In this document: piece after piece, positions 54,422 to 63,476 of the stretch
How the letters are laid out: every line of letters begins with the position of its first letter
Numbering within the stretch: position 1 is the first letter of the stretch
IMG/VR virus record: IMGVR_UViG_3300044912_000492
Coordinates: 11,524-75,523 of that record
DNA from: a virus
Direction: 5' to 3' (one strand)
Length of the DNA stretch: 64,000 nt
Made by a program: the position numbers and the translations under genes
Notes under the pieces: generated by a model
Database searches by the model: none
The model's input: the letters and a program-made list of their open reading frames with translations, nothing else
What the model was told of the DNA's origin: nothing

Positions 54422-54622
54422 ATGACGCTATGCGATTGCAAAAATCAAGATGGGACATACAATCTTGAGAAACTGACTATTTGGGCTAAAAATAATAAAA
54501 TCCCAATCAATCCCAAAAAGCCTAAAATCCCCCGTATGGAAATACGCCCGAATAATCGCGTATTTGTCCAATGGACAGCAGATCACGCTTTTACGGTGAA
54601 CTATGCCAAATTGTTACGCTAA
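54422..54622 (+). CDS. hypothetical protein (66 aa)
   Basis: First ATG after the terminator. Confidence 0.35.
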   Translation: MTLCDCKNQDGTYNLEKLTIWAKNNKIPINPKKPKIPRMEIRPNNRVFVQWTADHAFTVNYAKLLR

Positions 54623-54895
54623 AAAATCTTGAATATTCTTTTTTGCTTCGGTGAATGTATATCCCATATATTCACCTTTTTCATCGAATGTGCGCGGTAT
54701 ATCAGGGAATACATACCATCCTTTGTGTGGTACATATCTAGCCGTCCAGTCATAATGAATTGGCTTTTTTATTTGATTGATTAAACAATTTAATCGCTCT
54801 GTTTGAGTCGCAGCCATGTTTTGAAAATTATCAAATTTGAATTTAATTGTATGCCAAAACTTAACCCCGCAAATCCCTATCACAGCGATCGCCAT
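54614..54895 (-). CDS. hypothetical protein (93 aa; alternative start 54817)
   Basis: Only minus-strand ORF inside the island. Confidence 0.35.
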   Translation of the reverse strand: MAIAVIGICGVKFWHTIKFKFDNFQNMAATQTERLNCLINQIKKPIHYDWTARYVPHKGWYVFPDIPRTFDEKGEYMGYTFTEAKKNIQDFLA

Positions 54896-54913
54896 TTCTG
54901 TGTTAAGTGTTGG

Positions 54914-55159
54914 ATGATCGCTGTGATGCTAATACCAATAAACCTTAAATATGCAATTTGGGTTTTAGCTAACCTCTTGTATTTAAGACGCAATGGTGTA
55001 CAAGCCAAATCAGGAGCAGTGCAATATCGTTGCAAATGTGGCTTTACTTGCACCGATGGCGATCGCCCCGCACATCGCCCCCTATTAGGTGATCAACCTT
55101 TGTCACAAGTTGAGCGCAATCGTAGGTATAGAGCTAGGAAGAAAGCTGAAAAATGCTAA
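54914..55159 (+). CDS. zinc-ribbon-like protein, paralog 2
   Basis: 'GAVQYRCKCGFTCTDGDRPAHRPLLGDQPLSQVERNRRYRARKK' is colinear with paralog 1. Confidence 0.45.
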   Translation: MIAVMLIPINLKYAIWVLANLLYLRRNGVQAKSGAVQYRCKCGFTCTDGDRPAHRPLLGDQPLSQVERNRRYRARKKAEKC

Positions 55160-55165
55160 AATGTT

Positions 55166-55246
55166 AAGGCGACCGCTATTTATCACTGCGATCGCCTAAA
55201 GCTTGTTATCACGCAAGCTATCCACATACCTAAAGAGACTAGATAT
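55166..55246 (+). promoter_or_regulatory. conserved double-hairpin leader cassette, copy 1
   Basis: Hairpin 1 at 55168-55196 (HIP1-like arms); hairpin 2 agcttg-ttatcacg-caagct at 55200-55219; then ATCCACATA. Confidence 0.5.
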
Positions 55247-55849
55247 ATGTCTGAACTTATTGTATCAATCAAAAACGACATTTCAGATCTATTAGATCAA
55301 TGGCTAAATGCTGAACGCAATGGTGAACAATTCCCAGTACCATTTGACTCTTACCCTGAATACGGGTTTACTAATGCTTTGCTAGCTTTGTCTCGTATCA
55401 ATGAATTATCTCGAAAAGTAAAAACAGGTGAAAAAGAAGCTTTTCGCCGTTTATCTAGAAAGGTTTATGAAATAGAGGTTTGGCGGCGTAGTTTTGTCAT
55501 GCAATCCGAAACACACCACAATATTTTGATCGAGATGTGTGATGCGGTTCGCTGTTCTATTAATCATTCTCAGAGTATTAGTCCTACAAAACCTTTAAAT
55601 GGTCACGTTTACTTTCTGTTTGATCGTGAAGTAAATATCGTAAAAATTGGATGGTCTACCGATTGGATGAGTCGAGTTTCAACTATTAGAGGTTCTTACC
55701 CTAGAGGTCTTGAGGTTGTAAAAATCATTGAATCTACAAGCTCTAAATTAGAGTCGGATTTTCACAAAAAATTTAAGGTTTATCGACTTAACGGAGAATG
55801 GTTTAAGAACGAAGGAAAACTTAATAGTTTTTTGTTCCCTAAAAAATAA
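55247..55849 (+). CDS. T5orf172 (MUG113/GIY-YIG-like) domain protein
   Basis: 'GHVYFLFDREVNIVKIGWSTDWMSRVSTIRGSYPRGLEVV...ESDFHKKFKVYRLNGEWF'. Confidence 0.55.
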   Translation: MSELIVSIKNDISDLLDQWLNAERNGEQFPVPFDSYPEYGFTNALLALSRINELSRKVKTGEKEAFRRLSRKVYEIEVWRRSFVMQSETHHNILIEMCDAVRCSINHSQSISPTKPLNGHVYFLFDREVNIVKIGWSTDWMSRVSTIRGSYPRGLEVVKIIESTSSKLESDFHKKFKVYRLNGEWFKNEGKLNSFLFPKK

Positions 55850-55889
55850 AATGACAGTAACCGCCAAAAGTGGATAGGTGAGTGACATC

Positions 55890-56054
55890 ATGGAACAATT
55901 CGACATCACGCAAATACTACCAAGGGCAGATCCCAAAGCCCAAAGCCCAAAGCCCAAAGTACACAACCCATTCCCATTCGACACAAAGCGGCTAACTCAG
56001 CGCTTGATTCGTGAGCATTATCCAGAGTTGGAACATCGGTTAAATGGGGATTAG
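55890..56054 (+). CDS. small hypothetical protein (54 aa) containing a heptanucleotide repeat
   Basis: Hand-translated 'MEQFDITQILPRADPKAQSPKPKVHNPF...'. Confidence 0.3.
   Translation: MEQFDITQILPRADPKAQSPKPKVHNPFPFDTKRLTQRLIREHYPELEHRLNGD
55932..55959 (+). repeat. (CCCAAAG)x4 heptanucleotide tandem repeat (STRR-like)
   Basis: Four perfect tandem 7-mers. Confidence 0.9.
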
Positions 56055-56075
56055 TGCAAAACTATGTAATAATTA

Positions 56076-56154
56076 AAAGCGATCGCCTTTATCACAGCGA
56101 TCGCCCGATTCGGTTATCAGTCGAATCTATCCACATAACCTAGTAAGAGGTCAT
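56076..56154 (+). promoter_or_regulatory. conserved double-hairpin leader cassette, copy 2
   Basis: Hairpin 1 gcgatcgc-ctttatcaca-gcgatcgc at 56079-56104; hairpin 2 gattcg-gttatcagt-cgaatc at 56107-56127; then ATCCACATA. Confidence 0.5.
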
Positions 56155-56349
56155 ATGTCTGACAGTATTTTACTCTCATCTGCAATCTATAAATTCACTC
56201 TTAATAAGATTGGCTATCATCTTGATTACAATCCTAATTCTGAGTTTCCTTATGTTGTTTCCGCAAAAGATTCTACAGGTGCTATTCACTCTAAAGCTAA
56301 TACTGATTTAGCGATCGCGCTCAATGAGTTGTTTGAGGTGGTGAAGTAA
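56155..56349 (+). CDS. hypothetical protein (64 aa)
   Basis: ORF downstream of cassette copy 2. Confidence 0.45.
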   Translation: MSDSILLSSAIYKFTLNKIGYHLDYNPNSEFPYVVSAKDSTGAIHSKANTDLAIALNELFEVVK

Positions 56350-56738
56350 TGGGAGAAGCTAAAAGACGCAAGTTGATTGATCCTAATTATGGGAAAGCAA
56401 AAAGCCATCTAGAATTCAATGGTTTCTATGAGATCAAAGAGTTGCCTGATCTTTCAGATGCTATTAAAAATCATCCATCCGCGCAAAAAATCAAATGGTT
56501 TTGTTTTATTCCTTTTTGCAACATTCAAACACCTGATGTCATAGGATTTGTTTTGTACACTAAAGATCTTAAACAATCATGCCTTATTTCAATTAATGAC
56601 GGATCTTGGTTGTCACTTTTTGGATTTGATGAGCAAAGCATAATAAATCAGGCTTTGCACTACAGAAGAGGACTATTAACAGATAGCTTGAGAGCTAAAT
56701 TTAATATGCCTCGCGATTCAGTTATCTGTTATGTATAA
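56349..56738 (+). CDS. hypothetical protein (129 aa)
   Basis: TAATG coupling. Confidence 0.5.
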   Translation: MGEAKRRKLIDPNYGKAKSHLEFNGFYEIKELPDLSDAIKNHPSAQKIKWFCFIPFCNIQTPDVIGFVLYTKDLKQSCLISINDGSWLSLFGFDEQSIINQALHYRRGLLTDSLRAKFNMPRDSVICYV

Positions 56739-56873
56739 GCTGTTAAAATAGAATCAATAAAACCCGCCAAGCCTCTAAACTATGCTCAAACTGGCGGGTT
56801 ACTCTTTTTAAGCTAAAATCATGAAGCAAGGTTAAACCCTATTCATTAGCGTTGAGTCAAACCCTTGCAACAC

Positions 56874-56908
56874 AAAAAAAGCCGATCAACAAGCGATCGG
56901 CTTTTTTT
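56874..56908. terminator. bidirectional terminator closing the island
   Basis: A7-gccgatc-aacaagc-gatcggc-T7. Confidence 0.7.
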
Positions 56909-57010
56909 GTGTTTATCATTTAAGCCATTTGCAGAGAGCTAGAGGGCGGCTTGATAAGTAGAAATTACCAGTAAATAGATGATTGCATGTTTACCGAATA
57001 ATTGCAATAC

Positions 57011-57322
57011 TCACTTCATCTTTGCGATCGCCTCTAGCAATGCATCGATCATCTTATCTTTCCTGTGCATTTGGTCACACAAAATGTTGATTTCATCAGT
57101 GCTTATCTCATCAGCAGTTTCTACTATTTGGCTTTGATTTTCAGGATGTGATTGAGTTTCAACCATGCTCAGCCATTGATCAAAGGTTATCTGCTTATCA
57201 GGATTCACAGCGCAAAATTCTGTATATAGCTGAATCATGTGACGGGTAATTGCAACGCGCTCCTTTGGATAAAGGTCTATCGTATAGATTTTATTTTCGA
57301 TTTGCAGATTAAAGAGCGTCAT
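57011..57322 (-). CDS. hypothetical tail-module protein (103 aa)
   Basis: Directly downstream of the tape measure gene. Confidence 0.5.
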   Translation of the reverse strand: MTLFNLQIENKIYTIDLYPKERVAITRHMIQLYTEFCAVNPDKQITFDQWLSMVETQSHPENQSQIVETADEISTDEINILCDQMHRKDKMIDALLEAIAKMK

Positions 57323-57347
57323 AGGTTAGTCCAAACTTTTAGATATA

Positions 57348-60300
57348 TTACATACTCAGCGCCATAGATCGCGCTAGCTCTTTCTGTACTTGTAACCCTA
57401 CCTCTACAGCATTAGTAGCAGCCGTGGTGACATTTACGTTAAAGGTTTTGTTACCTCCAGAATTGTTGTTCATGATCTGCTTAGTCTGATTCGCTGGTAG
57501 CACATTAGAGCCTCTAGGCAATGTCACAAGCTCAGCACCTTGTTCCCCTACCAGCGCTATACCGCCTTTAAAGTTGGTAACGCCACTCGCAAAAGCAGGA
57601 ACTTTACCCACGCCTACAGCGCCGCTAAGTGGTGATGCACCTTTTGCGACTGATAGAGCGCTGATAATCTGCTGTGCAGACTTACCAAGGATTTGCTGTA
57701 TCTCAATCGCAGACGCTTTATCTAGCGCCCTTTGTTGCTCCTTAAACGCTCTCTCACGTTCGATCTTTGCGTCTTCAAAGGCGCGATCCTTAGCTAGTTC
57801 AGCATCCTTTTGCTTGATTTTTAGCGCTTCTAACTCAGCATCAGCAGCTTTTTTGAGTGCATTGTCTTCATTAGTTTGCTGTAGTTGCAAAGCTCTCTCT
57901 TCGGCTGCTTGCTGCTTTTTGATTGCTGCAAGTTCACCCGTTTCAAAGGCTAACTTTTCGGCTCTCAGTTCAGCTTCGATCTTTTGCTTTTCAGGTTTTA
58001 GTACTGATGTTTCAAAGGTCAATGCCTCAGTTTTTTGTTGTGCATCAAAAGCTCGCTTAGCCTCTTGCTGTGCCAAATCAAAAGCTTTCTCACTTTCTTG
58101 CTGTGCTAATAGTCGTTTAGCGTCCTCAGCTTTGTCGAGTTCAGCTTGCTTGACTCTGTTAGCTTCAATCAAAGCATCTAGAGCTAGCTGTACTTTTGCC
58201 TGTTCCTCCTTAGTGGCAATTGCAGACACTTGGGCTAGCTGTTTAGCCTGTGCAACTAGCTGTTCTTGACTTTGCACACCGCCCTGACCTTGTTGCGCCG
58301 CCTGTGTTCTGATGCGATTTTCTTCTGCAAGTTGAGCCGCTAATTTGGCGCGATCCTCTGGGTTAGCAGTGGCGATCGCACCCTCATCGCTAATTAGCTG
58401 TTTAGCTCCTGATGTAGCTTCACTCGCTTTTTTGTCACGCTCTGCACGGGCGTTAGCAAACGCCTCATCCGCTTTACGTTGTTTTTCTGCACGCGCTTCT
58501 TTCTCAGAGTTGAGGCGATCCTCAAACGCCTGTTTAGCGTTTTGTTGCCTAGCCTCAAATGCTTGCTTACGGTTTTCTAGCGCTTGTTCAGCAGCTTGCT
58601 TACGCTCGTTTTGAGCGTCTTCAAAACTACGCTGTTTAGCTTGCAATGCTAAAGCCTGACGCTCTTTTAATGCCTCAGTTTCTAGCGCTTGTTTACGATC
58701 TAGTTCGCCTTTTTTGAGTGCGTTTTGTTCCTCGATGGCGGCGATCGCCTTTGCATTTTCGCGATCTTGCTTTACTTTTGCATCGTCAAAGGTGCGCTTG
58801 ATATTTTTCTCAGCGTCTTGGTTTTGGGTTTCTCGTAACTGTTTAGCTCTATCTCTCTCAGCTTCAGTAACACTTTTGATAGTGTCTTCTTCTTTTTTGA
58901 GAGCCGCAATTTTTTGATCTGATTGGGCGATCAATGTTTTCCTAGAATCAATTTCTAATTTATTGGCAGCTTGATCTACTCCTTTTTGTTTACCAATAGC
59001 CTCCAAATCAGATACTTCCTGCTTTAACCTAGCGCTGGTAGCTTCTAATTGTTTTTGATACTCTTTCTTCTCTTCTGTAGATAGTTTGGTAGCTTTACGC
59101 TCAAAATCTATGCCAGTGCCATATTTGCCAATAAGATTTACGGCTGGCTGAAAACCAGCGTTAAGGGTCGTAATCGCATTACCATAAGCGATCGCTGTTT
59201 TTTGGGCTTCTAATTGTTGCTGTGTAATAAAACCAAAACTACTACCAAACTTAGAAGCCCCTGACTCAGCGCCGATTAAGGCATTGCTTAAGTTTGTAAT
59301 GGCAAGCGCCGCCCCTTGGATCGGATTTTCTACTTTATCAAAACCTCCCCCTAGCTTGTCTGTAAACGATTGAGATGTAGCGGTCGTTTGTTTTAGTTTT
59401 TCGTCTACAGCCGTGCTTTTGTTTAGGATTTTATCGAATGCGTCCTCAGCTTTGTTACTGTTGATTTCTCCAAATAAATTAGCTGTATTACGTACTGATT
59501 CAAACGCAAGAAAGATCGCTCCCAAGGTAAGAGCTAATGGCGCGATCGCCACAATAATAGAGGTTATTGAGGCTACTGCTTTAATTGCTAAAGTGCCAAA
59601 TAAAGCACCTGTACCAACCAACAAACCACCTATGCCTTTTAAGGCGACTGTCAAACTAACTGAAGTGGTAGCAAAAGTAGTTAAAGAGGCTATTGATGCT
59701 TTAGTAGCGACAGCAAAAGCACTTGTAGCGATTGTTCCTGCGTTTGTGGCGGCTGTCGCTACCGTAGTCTTGGCGGCTGTCGCACTTGTAGCAACGCCTG
59801 CTAGTGTTACCTCTTTAGCTAAAACTGCATTAGCTGTGGCTGCGGTTCCTGTGGCTGTCGCAAATGCACCCGTAACAAGTGTATTTGTGGCGATCGCCGC
59901 ACCAATAGATTTAAAAGCTGCAATTGTAGGAGTGACAACAGTTAGCAAGCCTGTAACAGCCGCCGAAATTGCAACAAAGCTAGCTCCCAAACCAACTACG
60001 ATCGCGATAATATTTTGAATAGGTTCTGGCAAGGATTGAAACGCTGTTACTAAAAGTCTCGCGCCTACGATAACGGGGTTAAATATGGCTGTAGCGTTGA
60101 TTCTTTCCCCTAGTGTCGCAAGTGCATTTTGAGCTTCATTTGCAAAGCCTACGAGTGTTGATTTAGCTTTATCAAAGTTTTTCTGGGTTAGCCCCGCACT
60201 TTCGCCACTAGCCCTAATATTTGCCTCTAGCTTGCCTAAATCATTGATTGCTGGTTGAATCGCTGCTACAGCTTCAATACTGCCAAATAGCTTGCTAAAT

Positions 60301-61580
60301 GAGTCACCTGTAGCTAATCCCGAATTTTTAACATCAGCAAGAATGCCATTAAGTCCCTTGGTTCTTAATGCTGTCGCGTCAAACTGAATGCCTAATCTTT
60401 CGGCTTCCTTGGTTGCGTCGCTAGATGGTTTAATTGTTGATGCTAAAGCCTGTCTTAAGCCCGCAAAAGTAGACTCAACTGGAACGCCTGACGCTGTAGC
60501 AGTGGCAATAAAACCATTTAACTGATCCAACGAAACGCCAGCAGCAGCCGCTACAGGAGCAACTCGCGAAATCTGCGAAGCGTACTGATCGACCGTAATT
60601 AAGCCAGATTGTTGAACGGCGGTGAATTTATCGACTGTAGCAGCCGCTTGATCGGCGCTAAGTCCATAAGCATTAAGTACAGAAATAGTCGCCTTAGATA
60701 CTGTGGTTACGTCCGAAAATCCACCCACAGATCCTTTTAATGATGCGTCTAAAATCTTGACTGTATCCGCAGTTTTTGAGAAGCCTGCGGATTGAACTTC
60801 ATAAGCAGCCCCTGCTAACTGTGCTGTAGTTGCTTGGTTTGCATTTTCTTTGGCGACATTGCCTAGTGCCTTAACCAATCCGTTTGCATCATCACTAATA
60901 GTTGAAAGCTTTTTACGAGCCGTATCAAGCTCCAAAAATGCTGCTTGGGCGCTACCTTTAATCTCGTTTAGCTTACCTGCAAGCACTTGTAACTGTGCGC
61001 TTGCATCTTGCATATTGCCAATAAAGTTACGAGTGCCTACATTGGCTTGTGCAAATTCTTTCTCAATTTTCTGGACATTGATTTTGTTAATTGAGTTGGC
61101 AAATGCCTCGGCTTTAGCTCGATCTGCATCACTAAAAGCAGTGTTTTGGATGGCATTTAATTGCTGCTTAAGCCTAATTTGCTCCTCATAAAGCTTGGCA
61201 TTGCGAATAGCTACTTTGTCTTCTGTGCTATTGCCGTTTACATTGCCTTGAGTAAATCGTCGCTGACTGACTGCATCTTGCTTCTCAAGTTGAGCTAACA
61301 ACCTAGCGCCATTTTGCTCTTGCTTAGCAGCCACTTGATCCGCACGACTTAAGTCATTAGCGGCGCTTTGTGCTTTCTTTCGCTCTAATGCTTCTACTTC
61401 TAATTGCAGCTTTTTAACTGATGCTTCTGCGATTTTAGTCGCATCAGCACCGCCAAAACTTAAGACGGGTGCTTTGATATTACCAATGGCAGTTTGTAGA
61501 GTTTTGATATCTCCGATCGCTTTGTCAATGCCATCAAAACTAACTCTTATCGCATAATTCTCATCAGCCATATCAATCAC
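57348..61580 (-). CDS. tail tape measure protein
   Basis: 1410 aa; long Ala/Thr/Gly-rich hydrophobic central region plus extended K/E/A/Q coiled coil; preceded by G/GT chaperone genes. Confidence 0.8.
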   Translation of the reverse strand: MIDMADENYAIRVSFDGIDKAIGDIKTLQTAIGNIKAPVLSFGGADATKIAEASVKKLQLEVEALERKKAQSAANDLSRADQVAAKQEQNGARLLAQLEKQDAVSQRRFTQGNVNGNSTEDKVAIRNAKLYEEQIRLKQQLNAIQNTAFSDADRAKAEAFANSINKINVQKIEKEFAQANVGTRNFIGNMQDASAQLQVLAGKLNEIKGSAQAAFLELDTARKKLSTISDDANGLVKALGNVAKENANQATTAQLAGAAYEVQSAGFSKTADTVKILDASLKGSVGGFSDVTTVSKATISVLNAYGLSADQAAATVDKFTAVQQSGLITVDQYASQISRVAPVAAAAGVSLDQLNGFIATATASGVPVESTFAGLRQALASTIKPSSDATKEAERLGIQFDATALRTKGLNGILADVKNSGLATGDSFSKLFGSIEAVAAIQPAINDLGKLEANIRASGESAGLTQKNFDKAKSTLVGFANEAQNALATLGERINATAIFNPVIVGARLLVTAFQSLPEPIQNIIAIVVGLGASFVAISAAVTGLLTVVTPTIAAFKSIGAAIATNTLVTGAFATATGTAATANAVLAKEVTLAGVATSATAAKTTVATAATNAGTIATSAFAVATKASIASLTTFATTSVSLTVALKGIGGLLVGTGALFGTLAIKAVASITSIIVAIAPLALTLGAIFLAFESVRNTANLFGEINSNKAEDAFDKILNKSTAVDEKLKQTTATSQSFTDKLGGGFDKVENPIQGAALAITNLSNALIGAESGASKFGSSFGFITQQQLEAQKTAIAYGNAITTLNAGFQPAVNLIGKYGTGIDFERKATKLSTEEKKEYQKQLEATSARLKQEVSDLEAIGKQKGVDQAANKLEIDSRKTLIAQSDQKIAALKKEEDTIKSVTEAERDRAKQLRETQNQDAEKNIKRTFDDAKVKQDRENAKAIAAIEEQNALKKGELDRKQALETEALKERQALALQAKQRSFEDAQNERKQAAEQALENRKQAFEARQQNAKQAFEDRLNSEKEARAEKQRKADEAFANARAERDKKASEATSGAKQLISDEGAIATANPEDRAKLAAQLAEENRIRTQAAQQGQGGVQSQEQLVAQAKQLAQVSAIATKEEQAKVQLALDALIEANRVKQAELDKAEDAKRLLAQQESEKAFDLAQQEAKRAFDAQQKTEALTFETSVLKPEKQKIEAELRAEKLAFETGELAAIKKQQAAEERALQLQQTNEDNALKKAADAELEALKIKQKDAELAKDRAFEDAKIERERAFKEQQRALDKASAIEIQQILGKSAQQIISALSVAKGASPLSGAVGVGKVPAFASGVTNFKGGIALVGEQGAELVTLPRGSNVLPANQTKQIMNNNSGGNKTFNVNVTTAATNAVEVGLQVQKELARSMALSM

Positions 61581-62399
61581 CCGTTAATAATTCAATCGTC
61601 TCAAAATCGCAAATATCGATTACCCAATTCGGGATCTTGCCTTCCTTGAATAGCTTTGCGAATCTCTTAGCAAAGCCTACAGACATACGCTTTTTAGCTT
61701 GCATCCTACGCAATGCTTGCAATGATGGAGTAAGCGATTTAAAGGCTTTGTCACGGTCTTTAAAGTCGTTTGTTGCTAACGTATTTCGCGCCGCAATCAT
61801 CTCTAATTGTGCTGATTCTTGCAATTCCTGCTCTGTGATATAGGCAAGGTATCGCCTAACCACGCTTATTCGTTGCTGTCCAAATCCATCGCTAAATTTT
61901 GCGCCAAACTTACTTGATGCGAGTTTGAGGTAGATTTGGTTCCACTCTTCTTCGATGTCAGCGATGGTACGGTGTCGTCTGTTTCCTTTCCCTCAGTCAC
62001 GGGTTCATCAAGTTCATAGCTATCAGTAATACCTGATCTCTCTGCATCAAAGGTTAGCCATAAAGCCTCAATCAGTAGCACTGACTTGTAAAGCTGTGCG
62101 GTGATTTCACCTTTGATCTTTTGCTGTATTTTTGCGGTATCGATTACTGCATCAGGATCTTTTTCTCTAAGCTCAGAAATCGCCTTGTTTACCAAATTCA
62201 ACCGCACAATAAGCCATGCAGACACTTGCACAATTTTCCATTCAGTATTCGTGCTTTCTGGCTTAATATCAGTGACAATCGCCTTATCTACTGCGATCGC
62301 CTCATCAACTGTAAGCTCTCCCAAAAGTGGAATAGATACACCAAAAACGATTTGATTTTTATATGTTGGCTTTGTAGGGATATCAAAAATTAAGGGCAT
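61573..62399 (-). CDS. tail assembly chaperone GT fusion (about 275 aa) via -1 programmed frameshift
   Basis: The downstream frame is open from 61992 to 61573, is -1 relative to G, and is entered at G GGA AAG. Confidence 0.6.
61866..62399 (-). CDS. tail assembly chaperone (lambda gpG analogue)
   Basis: 177 aa; lies immediately upstream of the tape measure gene; acidic C-terminus. Confidence 0.65.
   Translation of the reverse strand: MPLIFDIPTKPTYKNQIVFGVSIPLLGELTVDEAIAVDKAIVTDIKPESTNTEWKIVQVSAWLIVRLNLVNKAISELREKDPDAVIDTAKIQQKIKGEITAQLYKSVLLIEALWLTFDAERSGITDSYELDEPVTEGKETDDTVPSLTSKKSGTKSTSNSHQVSLAQNLAMDLDSNE
61986..61992 (-). other. -1 ribosomal slippery heptamer G GGA AAG
   Basis: In zero-frame register X XXY YYZ; a TGA in the -1 frame lies immediately 5' (61993-61995). 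Confidence 0.65.
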
Positions 62400-62605
62400 A
62401 AAACTAAAGCTATATTTTGATGAGTGTTAATGTCTGTTTTGGGGATAAGTACAGTGGCAACTAAAACGCGATCGCCACTGTATAAGTCCACTTTCGTATC
62501 TTGCATAAACTCTTCCTTCAAATAAAGCATTTCGGCAATAAGCTGCTTACTGTCTAGCTTGCAGCCTATTGCATATGCTTTAGGAGAGATCAGATATTCA
62601 TGCAT
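62390..62605 (-). CDS. hypothetical tail protein (71 aa)
   Basis: ATG 62605 overlaps the major tail gene stop (TAATG). Confidence 0.4.
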   Translation of the reverse strand: MHEYLISPKAYAIGCKLDSKQLIAEMLYLKEEFMQDTKVDLYSGDRVLVATVLIPKTDINTHQNIALVLCP

Positions 62606-63384
62606 TAGGCAACGACAGCAGGATCGGTGTATACAGTGCCATTGACCTTGAATGGTAACGATTGCTTGGTAATCGCTCCAGCCTGTAGATCGATGGTCTG
62701 CTCTGTGCAATAGCAAATAGCACGTCTAACCACACCTGACGAATAAGCAGCAGATGGGGGAGGAGTTGTAACAACGACCCACATGTAACCGCCTGGAGTT
62801 GCGATCACAGTTGTACCGTCAATCTCTGTAGCACCGATAGTCAAGTTTGCGACGGTATTCAAACCAGCATTAATTGCACTGTAAGCGCCATCACAGCTAA
62901 ACTCACCCGCAGCGCCTACAATTTGACCTTGATCAAAGAGAGTGCTATCAAAGGTTCTCAATTGTTCATCGGAGAGGGTAACTGTACCTGTAGCAGTCGA
63001 ACGCGCTCCAAGGGGGATAAAGTTGCTGCTAGTGCTGTTGTCCGCCACTGCGAGATGATTCTCGTCAACATTGAGTGTCACAGTGGCGGTATATGGCCCC
63101 GAGCCTGTGGACAATGCAACATTCACATCACTAGTCAAAGTCACCATCACCTCATCACCTGTAAGGGGATCAGTAAATGGCAAAGCCGCACCAGATGGGA
63201 GCTTGAGTCTTTGCCCTGAAGTTGCGGTACTAGCCGAGCAAACGACAGTAGCGGCGTTTTTAAGCGATGGGTCAGTCGCTGTAATCGTGATCCGCTTGGG
63301 GTAAGCGGTGTCACCTTTTAGCAATGGCACGATCTCAACCTTTGCGCCATTGCCTGTTTCAAATACTGTTAGCTTCTCAGCCAT
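62605..63384 (-). CDS. major tail (tube) protein candidate
   Basis: 259 aa; first gene of the leftward tail operon, upstream of the chaperones; T/S/A/V/G-rich beta composition. Confidence 0.5.
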   Translation of the reverse strand: MAEKLTVFETGNGAKVEIVPLLKGDTAYPKRITITATDPSLKNAATVVCSASTATSGQRLKLPSGAALPFTDPLTGDEVMVTLTSDVNVALSTGSGPYTATVTLNVDENHLAVADNSTSSNFIPLGARSTATGTVTLSDEQLRTFDSTLFDQGQIVGAAGEFSCDGAYSAINAGLNTVANLTIGATEIDGTTVIATPGGYMWVVVTTPPPSAAYSSGVVRRAICYCTEQTIDLQAGAITKQSLPFKVNGTVYTDPAVVA

Positions 63385-63476
63385 GACTTTTAATCCTAGA
63401 TACTTTACCCTCTAGGATTGCATCAATAAATAGCTATAATTTAGATTAGGCACTCAATAGGGACTCAATAGGGACT

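Noticed and set aside
57574-61191. Long plus-strand ORFs antisense to the tape measure gene (e.g. 57574-58269, 59413-60018)
   Set aside because: They are low-complexity Ala/Ser/Cys/Leu-rich mirror-frame artefacts of the repetitive A/K/E/Q-rich tape measure coding sequence. They lack ribosome-binding sites and operon logic.
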